This document shows, piece by piece, positions 19,695-30,600 of a stretch of DNA of 64,000 nt (its first letter is position 1; each line of letters starts with the position of its first letter). The position numbers were made by a program, and so were the translations under genes. This DNA comes from Candidatus Poseidoniales archaeon (GTDB taxonomy: Archaea; Thermoplasmatota; Poseidoniia; Poseidoniales; Poseidoniaceae), in contig QQRY01000055.1 in the NCBI GenBank assembly GCA_003602575.1, positions 10,395 through 74,394 on the forward strand, given 5' to 3'. The notes under the pieces are model-generated. The model had not been told where the DNA came from and made no database searches. It saw only the letters and a list, made by a program, of their open reading frames with translations.

Positions 19695-20126
19695 TCATAC
19701 TCTATGATACATTGTGCCCTTAATTATCTCTGATGCTCGGTATAATTGTTCAAGAATCAAAACTCCGGCCAATTCATGGGGGAATGTCATTTTGGAAAGT
19801 CTGATGGAATTCTTACCAGTTAGATGATTCTTATTTGGCCATCCATCAACAGGACCGACTGCGAGGTGAATATCTTCAGAATTAAGCCCCCAGTTAGAGA
19901 CCATCTTAGAAAGTTCCATAGAAGAATATTCTTGCCCGCCCTCATCTAACAATAATATCTGTTTATTATCCATTAATTTATTTTGATAATCTATTGATGA
20001 AACCTTATCTGAATGGATTTCGACTTTGATATTGCGCCCTTTCAATCGCTCTGTATACATCTCAATTAAAGCAGAATATGATGCCTGTTTTGGTTTACCG
20101 TGTAAATGAACAATTATTCGCCCCAT
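19695..20126 (-). CDS. rlmH: rRNA pseudouridine N3-methyltransferase RlmH (SPOUT family)
   Basis: The C-terminal LSKMTFPHELAGVLILEQLYRASEIIKGTMYHR matches the RlmH knot-region consensus (mTfpHql.R..l.EQiYRa..i..g.pYH). The 143-aa size fits. Confidence 0.85.
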   Translation of the reverse strand: MGRIIVHLHGKPKQASYSALIEMYTERLKGRNIKVEIHSDKVSSIDYQNKLMDNKQILLLDEGGQEYSSMELSKMVSNWGLNSEDIHLAVGPVDGWPNKNHLTGKNSIRLSKMTFPHELAGVLILEQLYRASEIIKGTMYHRV

Positions 20127-20210
20127 GATATCGCTAAAGCGTTTAGGTTTTCAAGACACTAGACGCGTTTGATTAGCCAAGTTCAAGAAGTATGATATCT
20201 AGGGAGATTT

Positions 20211-20546
20211 ATGAGTTGGTGGAGATTTTGGAAGAAGTCTGAGAAAAAGACCTTCAATGATCCGTTGCTAAAAGATGGAAGAATGTGGTTGTCAGACCTA
20301 CGAAATCTTTGTGAAATGAATTTTGATAACCCTGAAGAAGCGCGAAGACAAATTCGACAAATGCAAATAGAATGGAATGATTGCTTTAATTCTGGAACTC
20401 TTTCTTCTGCCAATAAAGATGGTTTGGAGAGTCGTGCATTTCGACTTCTGACTTGTTCTGATAAAGAATGGATTAATTGGCTGGATGATCTAAATTTCTG
20501 GAAAATGGGCTGGAAACCTGTATCGGATAGCGAAGACAAGGTTTGA
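20211..20546 (+). CDS. Small Trp-rich hypothetical protein (111 aa)
   Basis: ATG preceded by AGGGAG, lying 25 nt upstream of the co-directional GST-like gene. Its composition is more protein-like than the overlapping antisense ORF at 20183-20539. Confidence 0.4.
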   Translation: MSWWRFWKKSEKKTFNDPLLKDGRMWLSDLRNLCEMNFDNPEEARRQIRQMQIEWNDCFNSGTLSSANKDGLESRAFRLLTCSDKEWINWLDDLNFWKMGWKPVSDSEDKV

Positions 20547-20571
20547 AGTGTGACCTATTTTTGGCATTTTC

Positions 20572-21267
20572 ATGGGACAAAAGCCCACATTACACCTATT
20601 GTATTCATGCCCGTTTTGCTGGAAGGTGCGCGGGCTAATTGAATATCTAAAAATGGATGTCGAATTGGTGCCTGTAAATGGATTGAAGATTAAGAAAGCC
20701 GTTTCATTTGCCGGTGATTGGGGTAAAGTTCCTGTTTTCACAGACGAGAATGGAGATCACCATGTTGACTCTACACCACTTCTAAAATTAATCGACGCAA
20801 CCTACAATGAAGGGAAATTATCAGCAATTTCCTCTGCAGAACGTAATGATAAATGGATGGAATGGGCAGACACTAAGGTCTCTAAGGCTACTGTACCAAT
20901 TCTTTATGGAACATTATTTTCTGCATTCAAAACCACTACAAGAATCTCAAAAATTGAAAAATTTGGTTTCATCTCGAAACGACTCTATGCATGGGCAGGC
21001 TTTCCTGTGATGTGGGGGATTATTGCTAAGAAGCGCGTTAAGAAAGATGGGCGTACTCCAAAGAAATTATGGCACGACCTACTCACTGAATTTACAGATG
21101 AGCACCAAGGGAAAAATTATTTTGGGGGCGACTGCCCTAATCTAGTTGATTTCTCAGTATTTGGATACATGAGGTCAGTATCACCGTTCCCTCAATTTTC
21201 TTTACTTGAAGAACATCAGCCTGGTATGGCTTGGTATAATCGAATGATGGCTGAAATTAAGGTGTGA
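20572..21267 (+). CDS. Glutaredoxin-2 / GST-like (PGES2-like) thioredoxin-fold protein
   Basis: N-terminal LYSCPFCWKVRGLIEYL is a CPFC active site in a beta-alpha-beta context, followed by a helical GST-C-like domain. Confidence 0.65.
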   Translation: MGQKPTLHLLYSCPFCWKVRGLIEYLKMDVELVPVNGLKIKKAVSFAGDWGKVPVFTDENGDHHVDSTPLLKLIDATYNEGKLSAISSAERNDKWMEWADTKVSKATVPILYGTLFSAFKTTTRISKIEKFGFISKRLYAWAGFPVMWGIIAKKRVKKDGRTPKKLWHDLLTEFTDEHQGKNYFGGDCPNLVDFSVFGYMRSVSPFPQFSLLEEHQPGMAWYNRMMAEIKV

Positions 21268-22133
21268 TTTCATTGACTTCGCTAACTTTAGCAGGCTTGG
21301 AGTTTGACAAAGTAAAATCGGGCTCGGTCTTGATTGGTGAAAATAAAGGCGGATGGATTTATGCTAGCCAAAGACCTCGACATGAGGTAAAATGTCCGGA
21401 CTTTTACATAATGCAAAGTCCGCTTAATGATGAGCAAATAATGATGATCTCAAAAGAAATCGGACTCGAACAAAAGTCTGATTCATGGAGCGCTAAAAAA
21501 TTAAATTTAATCCTCGCTTACCTCTCTGAGAAACTTAACGATAATCTTGAACATTTAGACGATGAAAAAGATTGGGAGATAAGGTGCCCTAGTCAAGGTG
21601 AATGGTACCTCTCTCTAAAAAATGATAAAATACTCACTACCAAGAAATCTCGTGAACTTTTGTCTGATGGAACTTCTTCAAATCATAGAGGGGCTATGAT
21701 GGATGGAAGGCCAAGGCAATTCGAAGGCTTTGGCCCGATGCAATACCATAGGGCTGCAATTGAAACCCACCCTTCTAAGAAAGAGATAACTGCCCTGTCA
21801 AGTATTCCATTGGATAGAGAAAATACTGGGATTACAGTTAGATTTGTAGTTTCTCCAATCCGTAGGGGAGACATAGTACGAGTCCCTGCTAATGCAGATG
21901 TTTTATCCAATATTAGAGTTGAACTTTTTTGGACCCTTGTATTGGGTATAATTCCATCCTTTGCTATTCCAATTCTAAGAGGAATGGGTTCGTATGCAAT
22001 CGATGGATGGGCTAATCTCCTCTTCGGAGGGCTTTGCGCTGGTTTTGTTTCGGGCGCCTTTTGGCGGCCTAAAAGACCAACTATTCTCTATGAAGATGGA
22101 GAAATAATTACAATTACAAACCGCCATCGGTAG
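21264..22133 (+). CDS. Membrane-anchored hypothetical protein, possibly a degenerate FGE/SUMF1-like fold
   Basis: A GTGA overlap couples it to the upstream GST-like gene. Weak resemblance to FGE blocks (PRHEVKCPDFYIM, WEIRCPSQGEWYLS, ITVRFVVSP). Two C-terminal TM helices are present. Confidence 0.45.
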   Translation: MISLTSLTLAGLEFDKVKSGSVLIGENKGGWIYASQRPRHEVKCPDFYIMQSPLNDEQIMMISKEIGLEQKSDSWSAKKLNLILAYLSEKLNDNLEHLDDEKDWEIRCPSQGEWYLSLKNDKILTTKKSRELLSDGTSSNHRGAMMDGRPRQFEGFGPMQYHRAAIETHPSKKEITALSSIPLDRENTGITVRFVVSPIRRGDIVRVPANADVLSNIRVELFWTLVLGIIPSFAIPILRGMGSYAIDGWANLLFGGLCAGFVSGAFWRPKRPTILYEDGEIITITNRHR

Positions 22134-24432
22134 CTAAAGTCTCCCAATATGAATCTTGGCGTATCGCATCTGCAGCGCATATAGCAGCCATATTCACAAT
22201 GTGTCGAACTCCATCTTGCCGAGCCACAAGTTGAACTGGTTTGTCCATCCCTTCTAGAATTGGCCCGGTCATTTCGGCACCACCTAATTCTTCTAATAAT
22301 TTGTAAGCGATATTTGCAGCCGCTAAATTAGGCAAGACCAAGACGTTTGCAGGGCCTTCAAAGTTCATGAAGGGGTATTCAGATTGGACCGATAAATTCA
22401 GTGCAGTATCTGCTTGCATAGGCCCATCGATTTTCAATGTTGGATCTATATCTCTTGCAATAGATACGGCATCCTCGATACGTTCAGACCTTTGCGCCCT
22501 AGTACTTCCGAAATTAGAAAAAGAAAGCATTGCGACTTTAGGGTCAATACCAAATCTACGAGCTATCTTAGAAGTTTGAACCGCGATCTCGGCAAGAGTT
22601 GGACTATCAGGATAAACATTTACTGTTGCGTCGGCCAAAAATATTGTTCGGCCTTTGACATTGACCATATAACATCCAATTACACAGTGAGCAGAATCGT
22701 CAGAACCTATCACCTCTATTGTTGGGCGGAGTACATCGGCATAATTTCGACTTATTCCGCCAACAAATCCATCCGCATCGCCCGAAGCAACCATTTGACT
22801 AGCAAAATAAGGGCGGCTTTTGAGTAGCCTTTCAGCATCTTCTATGGTCATTCCTTTTCTCTGTCGACGCTTGAATAATGCAGGTGCATAAATCAATTTA
22901 CGCCGTTCGTCATATCTTGGATCAAATACTTGATAATCAAAATGAAGCCCTAGTTCCTCAACCATTTCATCGATTCTCTCTTTAGACCCTAGAAGTATCG
23001 GGATGCATATTTTTTGTTCCACCAATTGAGCTGCTGCTTTGAGTACCTTCTCATTGTCCCCTTCAGGGAATACTATTCTCTTACCTCTTCTTCGAACTTG
23101 GTTGATAATATGACGCATGATAGAGTAAGACTGCCCAAGCCTACCTTCCAATACTTCTCGGTATTTTTCTAATGAGAAATCGGTTGAATCTATCCTTGCA
23201 ACGCCTTCGTCTACTGCAGCCTTGGCCACTGCAGACGCCTCCCAAATCAAGACTCTTCTGTCGAATGGTTTTGGGATAATATATTCAGGGCCAAATTGCA
23301 TCATAACACCATCATAAGCGGCTGAAATATAATCTGGCACCGGCTCTTTAGCCAATTGAGCCAATGAAAGAGTGGCCGCCATTTTCATATTCTGAGTTAT
23401 ATCTGTAGCTCTAACATCTAAGGCCCCTCTGAAAATATAAGGGAAACCAAGTACATTGTTGACTTGGTTTGGATAGTCTGAGCGCCCGGTTGCAATGATA
23501 GCATCTTGGCGAACCTCGAGAACTTCTTCTGGCATTATCTCGGGAGTGGGGTTTGCTAAAGCGAAAATAATTGGTTTATCTGCCATACTTGCAACCATTT
23601 CCTTGGTGACTAAACCTCCTTTGGAAAGACCTAGTAATACATCGGCACCTTTCAAGGCGAATGATAGATCTCCTTCTTCCTGATCGTGAGCAAATACTTC
23701 TTTGAATTCATTCAACTCCCCAGCTTCAAGTCTTTTCTTTGTGACTATTCCTTTACTATCTATCATTGAAATGTTGGCTAGAGTAACACCCAATGCCACA
23801 TAATGATTAGCACACGCGATGGCAGAAGCGCCGGCTCCAACAACTACAACTTTGATGTCTTTCAGTTTCTTACCTTGCAATTCTACAGCGTTTAATAGAG
23901 CAGCTCCCGAAATAATCGCCGTCCCGTGTTGATCATCATGCATTACTGGAATATCGGTTTCCTCGGAAATTCTTCTCTCGATTTCGAAACATTCTGGGGC
24001 TTTGATGTCTTCGAGATTTATGCCTCCGAAGGTTTTGGAGATATTGACCACTGTACTGATGAACTCTTCAGGATCTTCGGTATCAACCTCAATATCAAAA
24101 ACATCGATATCCGCGAATGTTTTCAGCAAAAGTCCCTTACCTTCCATAACCGGCTTACTCGCTAGGGGGCCAATGTTGCCTAATCCTAAAACAGCTGTGC
24201 CATTTGATATTACTGCAACTAAATTTGCTTTGGAAGTGTACAAGTAAGCAGCTTCTGGTTTTTCAGCTATTTCCAAACAAGGATAAGCGACGCCTGGGGA
24301 GTATGCAAGACTTAGTTCATGGGCGGTAGCGTGTGGTTTTGTAGGTACAACTTTTATCTTACCGTGAGGTAAAGATTCGTGATAATCAAGTGATTCTTTT
24401 TTCAAAAGTCGTTCACGCTTTTCCTCTACCAT
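22114..24432 (-). CDS. maeB: NADP-dependent malic enzyme, MaeB type with a C-terminal phosphotransacetylase-like domain
   Basis: Contains VISNGTAVLGLGNIGPLASKPVMEGKG and the NAD(P) site VVVGAGASAIACA. The 772-aa length includes a PTA-like C-terminal half. Confidence 0.95.
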   Translation of the reverse strand: MVEEKRERLLKKESLDYHESLPHGKIKVVPTKPHATAHELSLAYSPGVAYPCLEIAEKPEAAYLYTSKANLVAVISNGTAVLGLGNIGPLASKPVMEGKGLLLKTFADIDVFDIEVDTEDPEEFISTVVNISKTFGGINLEDIKAPECFEIERRISEETDIPVMHDDQHGTAIISGAALLNAVELQGKKLKDIKVVVVGAGASAIACANHYVALGVTLANISMIDSKGIVTKKRLEAGELNEFKEVFAHDQEEGDLSFALKGADVLLGLSKGGLVTKEMVASMADKPIIFALANPTPEIMPEEVLEVRQDAIIATGRSDYPNQVNNVLGFPYIFRGALDVRATDITQNMKMAATLSLAQLAKEPVPDYISAAYDGVMMQFGPEYIIPKPFDRRVLIWEASAVAKAAVDEGVARIDSTDFSLEKYREVLEGRLGQSYSIMRHIINQVRRRGKRIVFPEGDNEKVLKAAAQLVEQKICIPILLGSKERIDEMVEELGLHFDYQVFDPRYDERRKLIYAPALFKRRQRKGMTIEDAERLLKSRPYFASQMVASGDADGFVGGISRNYADVLRPTIEVIGSDDSAHCVIGCYMVNVKGRTIFLADATVNVYPDSPTLAEIAVQTSKIARRFGIDPKVAMLSFSNFGSTRAQRSERIEDAVSIARDIDPTLKIDGPMQADTALNLSVQSEYPFMNFEGPANVLVLPNLAAANIAYKLLEELGGAEMTGPILEGMDKPVQLVARQDGVRHIVNMAAICAADAIRQDSYWETLATDGGL

Positions 24433-24613
24433 GGTGGCACCATTCTTGTGGCAGCGCGTATCATGTTTGAGTGTTTGGTGTATCTAATTAGAAAACAACT
24501 GATTATATGACCTTCTTTAAGTGCTCAAGACAATGATTCGGCTTTCATATTTGAATGATATATTAACGCACGAATTAGGGCCGCGTTCAAATAGTGTAAG
24601 AAACGGCACAATA

Positions 24614-27600
24614 ATGATGAAATCCGCGGTTACTGCCAAATTACCGATTTCGAAAACCAAGAAATCTGTTTTTCTAGTAATGTTGATGTTGGTTTCTCTA
24701 ATGTCTCCGATGCTAGTCATCTCTCCTGTTTCAGCCCACGAAACCGCTAATGATGTAATATGGCCAAAACAGGGCAGTAACGATACTGGTTGGGTCCAAT
24801 TAGATGCTGTTGGAGCAAATCCCACCATTGGGATGCAGGCAAGTGCAAATTGGGGCTTGAATTTCGCCCCAGGTGCTGAAATTTCTAACTTGACTATGGA
24901 GGTGAGAGTGAATGGTAGTGATAATTTAATGATAGAGGAGCCAATAATTACTGCTGCAGATATAGGAATCAATCTTTTCGATTGGTCCGGCCTAGGTATG
25001 TTAGGTTCAAGTGATTCGTTTGATGGAGTCAACCCCCACTCTGGAAGGCTTTCACCCAATAGCGAGGCCGGTGCAGTATGGACACTTCCTTCTGGGGCAG
25101 AGATTACTGAGTTGATTGTTGAGGCTTTGGCGCCCGTTGATCCTGCTGTATCTTTCGAACCTGTCAATCTCGTAATCAATGATTATGCTGTTCATTTTGT
25201 AGATGGAAGAATGTATCTTGCGATAGGTGACGCCCTTATGACCATTGATTACAACAATGACCCGAAAATAATCGACATCGTTGAGTTTGATGAAGAGATT
25301 ATTGGCATTGAGATAGATTCTACAAATTTAGCCCTTCATGTACTGACTGATGGAGGTTTTTTCCACTCAATTTCATTGATTGATTCTTCAGAGTTAATTC
25401 CTTTGCCTACCAGTATTTCTCAGACCCCATTCCAAGTATTCTATATTGCAAGCGATGGGAATGTATACGCTTCGAATGAAGATAGGATATCGATTTTTGA
25501 TGGCGTTGGATGGTCTGACGCATATTCTAAAACTACCTCTGGTGATGCATTGGATATCATTGAAGTAAACGGTATACTTTACTTTTCTTTTGATAATGAA
25601 GGCGTAGTTAGATGGGACATGAACACAAATAGTGCTCTATCTACATGGACCACAGCAAATAATTTGCATAGCGACTCTGTTTCTAAATTCGTAGTTTCTG
25701 GAAACCAGTTATTGATGGCCTCTAAAGATAATGGGTTAGCAAGATATGATTGGAATGCTGGATTTTGGTTATCAACTTGGAGTTCAGCAAACTGGTTAAC
25801 TAGTGATAATATCGGAGATGTTTTATTTGAAAATAATATACTCTACATTTTGAGTGGAGATTCGCTTCATACCTACAATACTGCGAATGGTATTTTCCAA
25901 CAGACATACTCAATTTCTGATTTTGGACTAAATGGTGATGCTGGAGATAATCTAATCTCGTGGCCTAGTATTGGAGAACGTTCACCTGCTACTGATAAGA
26001 TTCTGATAAGCGATGGTTTTGGATTGCTTGCAGAATTAACTCCTGGAAATACTCCTCTTCAAACCGGAAGTATGCTGCTTGCCAGTGGGCCTACTTCTGC
26101 TGATATGGAAGCTGTAGTGGAACTTGACGACGTGGTTTACATCGCAGCAGGGGGCTTCATGAATAGATATGACACTGCCCAGTCAAGGTGGTTAGAACCT
26201 ACATTTATTGGAGATGAAGTGAACCATTTATCTACTGATGGAACTTACATTTATATCGCTGCTGAAAACTCTGGCGCCCATAAAATGCATAACAATGGTA
26301 CAATTCTGCAAACCTGGGACACAAGTAATGGCCTTGACGAAAATAGTATACAATCTCTTTCAATGGCTTCAAGCAGTTTAATCGCTTTATCTTCTGGCGC
26401 TGTTTCAGTAATTGATCCAAGTGGCTTATCCACAATTAATTCCTATGAAGTCGATGGTTTTGGATTAAATGGAATGGCTCTCTATGAAGAGATTGCATAT
26501 ATTGCAACCGATGATAGTGGCCTGGCTCGCTTCGACATTACTAACGAAACATTCCTATCGCCATGGGGTTCTACTGGAGTCAATAATGCGGATAATGTCC
26601 CCATTGCAGTACAAGGAGATATCCTTCACCTAGGACTTCCTGGCTACGGGGTTGTAAGAAAGGATCTTGCAACCGGTGAAATTTTACTCCCCTTGACAGA
26701 ATCATTGGGAGGGGCAAGTAATGGTCTTGATTTCCTTCCTAGTGACAATATTTACGCATTGATCTCAGATGGTTCTAGTGTTTATATCGGTACAGGCAAT
26801 GGTGCTGTGAAATGGAATGGAAATTCTGCCATACAATTCCAAGGCGATCGTTCTAGTTGGACTAGACAGCCTAGTCAATTCTATGATTTCGCTCTACTAG
26901 GTTCTGAACTATATGTTGGGACTAATATTGGAGTATGTAGATATCCCACTTCAACTGTTGATATTGATGATTGTATGAATGTGTATGATGGTATGCCAAA
27001 CTGGGCAACATATGCCGTAGATACCGATGGTTCAAAGGTCTATGGTGGAACTACTCAAGGAGTGGGGATTTTGACAATTAGCCCATTCGATGTCGTTGAT
27101 ACTTGGGAAGCTGGAGAAGATACCGATAATGCGCCTGTAGAAGTTATTGGCGATACCGCATACATTGGATTAGATGGTATTGGAATTGCTCGTTATGATA
27201 TTCCAACTAATTCTTGGTTACCAACTTGGACAGAATATAGCGGAGGCCCTTCCGGTAATGAAATTCTAGACCCCGGTAATGGCGATGTAACCGGCCTAGT
27301 AGCCGACATCAGACCAAACCACATATGGATCGGTGGCGATGATGGATTCCAACTAATCGATGTAATCAACCAAACGGAAATCTATGATATTGAGAAAAAT
27401 GACGCACTCTATCTTGGAAATGGTGATCCATATCAAATGACCATTCATAACAATATAATGTACTATCATCAAGGAAGTAGTAGTAACAGTGTATACCGTA
27501 TTGATGTGGCCAACTTTACTGGTTTGTCAAATATCGATGGCGGAATACAATTAGACGATAATACCGGAGATGCATGGGGAATGGGTGTTGTCGGTGATAC

Positions 27601-30600
27601 TCTAATGGTCAGTGTTGCATCGAATGGAGGGTTCCCCGACTACTATGATGGGAGAGGAGGAATTGCTCAATGGGATATTCTAAACGATGACTGGGGTGCT
27701 GATATTTTGCCATCCGGCCAAGTGGATAGGGTGACAGCGCACCAAACTTCTAATGGAGAAATGTGGATTTCTTGGGGTGAAAATAAATTAGATTTGTATG
27801 CTCAAAATAGTTCTTTAATCGGCTCATGGGATAGTGATGATGGCCTCGAATTCCCAATAAGAGAAATTATCGAATTCAACGGTGAAGTCTTATTTGCGAC
27901 CGAAGATGGAATCGCAAGGTTTGACCCAGCCAGTAATACTTGGCTTTCAACTTGGGAAGAAGGCAATGGACTTCCAAATAATGCGGGTGAAGAGATCTAT
28001 GAATTGTGGACAAACGGAATTGACCTCGTGGTTGGAGGAGGAGATGGTTCTAGTTGGCAAGGTTTCCAAGGTGGTGCAATTTCTCATTGGAATGGTGCTT
28101 CTTGGAATGTATTTACTTCTCAAGGACAAGGCGGAATATTAGATGGATACCCAATTACAATGACAGAGTGCGGTGGACTAGTAAACGTTGGACTCTATGA
28201 TGCTGATGGAGGTATTGAGCAATTAGATCTAGCAACCTCGGCAATTACTGGAACCTTCACACGTGCAACCCTAGGCGAAGGTAGAGTTTCTGGTGTTGCT
28301 TGTGATACATCCACCGACACAATGTATGTAGCATTCTACTCTGATGAAGAGCCAATTAAGAAATACAGTTTTTCTTCTGGGCAATGGCTTCCAGATATTA
28401 CTACTCAAACTCACAATCTACCTAGCGATAGAATTTGGTGGGACGCTATAGGTTATGATTCTGGTAAATTAGTGGTTGGCCATGGACTGGGCCAACAAGG
28501 ATCTAATGTAATCGGTGGAGGGTATTCGGTTATCACCACCTCGGGAGCAAGCACAAGCCAAGTTAATTTCAATGGCCAAGGTTCCTCTGTGACTTCTTTC
28601 CAATGGCTAGGAAATGAATGGCTGATTGGACAAGCCGGTGGTTCGTCAGGTTACAGCCATGTTGACACATTAGGGGCTAATGGTCAAACTGTGATGTACA
28701 ACTTACCAGGCCTAGTAAGCGGTCAGGTTACAACAATGACTGGGAATAATACCCATGTATGGGTAACCACGATTGGAGAGAATGTTGGTTTTGGACAATC
28801 TACTGGCGCTGGTGTTTTACAAGGTGAAATAGCATCAACAGGAGATATTGAATGGCAATATGGGTGGACTTTACCTGCTAATTCAAGAGCCGCTGATACT
28901 CAATTGGTTGGGTCTGATTTGTACATTTCAACCTACCCTAGTGGATTGATGAAACTCGACACTTTAACAGGTGACCTACGACCAATGCAAGGAGCATTAC
29001 ACAATAATATGGATGGACTAAAATTAGTCGGGACGGATTTAATTATCGGTTTGCAAGGCAATTTTGGCTCGTCGGCAGGAGTGCAAATTTTTGATACTAC
29101 TACCGATACTTTTGGTAATGGTAGACTTCTTGCTGGATTACCCTCCAACATTGTAAATGGAATCGAGGTTGCACCTGATGTGGTTTACATCGCAACTAAT
29201 GGAGGTATTGGAAGATGGTCATTACAAACCAATGATTGGTTAAATCCGCTAACAACTACAGACGGTTTACCTTCAAACTTAGTTGAAGATGTAATGTTTG
29301 ATTCTCCCTACCTGTGGGTTGCTACTCCATTAGGACTAGCAAGAATGGATACTAACAATGGTTCAACCAACGTATTGACAAGTGCCAATGGTATGCTAGG
29401 TACTTCTTCTTGGGGGCTAACAAAAGCCAATGGTGAAATTCATGTTAGCCATGATGGGGCTGGTAGCGAAAGACCTGGCGTAACTAGTGTCGATAGCCTT
29501 ACTGGGCTTGTTAGTCAAACACATCGATTCGATCAGTTGCCGTCGAATACTGTAACTGCTGTCACCAGCGACTGGTGGGGTCTTCACATTGCAACTGATG
29601 TCGGGCCAATGACTCATTGGAACGCCCTAAATACACAATTCGAAGACGGGGCTGCATCTTGGCAAATTCCAAGTTGGCCTGTTGAAAGGATGGTTAGTAA
29701 CGGTGATGAACTACTGGTAATTGGAAATGATATAATCACTATAATCGAAGCAAGAACGATTTCACACTCTCCGATTAAAACTCTAGTCATACCTAATCAA
29801 GTTCTTACAGATGCTGCAATTACATCTGATAATGTTTGGGTCACTACTGAAGCCTCAGGTCTATATGGCTGGGTAAATAGCCCACAGTGGACTGAAGTTG
29901 AACGCTTTGAATTGCGCAGAGCTGACCCTCTCAATATGGGATTCAATCTTGTAACTCAAGACATTACCGATATGACTCATCCGGGAATGGTTATCGAACT
30001 TGCTAACCTTTCAAACACAATTACATTGGGAGATGATGTTGGTTCACCAGGAGTGCACGGCCTTCTATTCCAAGGAGTTCCACTCGCATTTACATCACCA
30101 GTAAGTGGTTCTGCTACATGGGCAAAATCAAACAGTCTCAAATATAATGTTACTCTGAATTTATCTCAAGACCAAAGCATACAACAGAATCTGCAGTTAG
30201 CGATAAATAATGCTGCGCAAATAAATGGAACCAAGTATGTTCAATTGAATCTGCGCTCTTTGACAAATGGCTCACTGCATGTTAGATTAACTTATGATTA
30301 TATCAAATTAGAAACTCCGATTGATATGATAGATCTGTTCGACCGTCCAGATGATGGTGGAGAAACGCTAACTGCTTCTTGGAGTTTAGTTCATGACGAT
30401 GATTTCTCGAGATATTTAATTTATCTAAACGAAGGGCCATTCCTCTCAACACCTCTCGTAAACGACTTCGATTTGAGTACTAGGCAAGTTGACAAATCGA
30501 TTTCTCTACATAGCAGACTTCAGAGTGAAGTCAATACAGCAAATGGTCAGCCGTTAGTGAATGGTGTTGATTATTATGCATTGGTTGTTGTAGAATATAA

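Noticed and set aside
20183-20539. 118-aa minus-strand ORF, almost exactly antisense to the 111-aa plus-strand ORF
   Set aside because: It has a TTG start, no Shine-Dalgarno sequence, and a Ser/Arg/Leu-rich shadow-like composition. The plus-strand ORF has an ATG behind AGGGAG and is co-directional with the downstream gene. Neither has a recognisable motif, so the strand choice remains tentative.
24517-25179. 220-aa minus-strand ORF overlapping the 5' end of the giant surface-protein gene
   Set aside because: It is fully antisense to a far longer ORF that has clear signal-peptide and repeat structure. Its Ser/Thr/Ile-rich composition is typical of a shadow frame.
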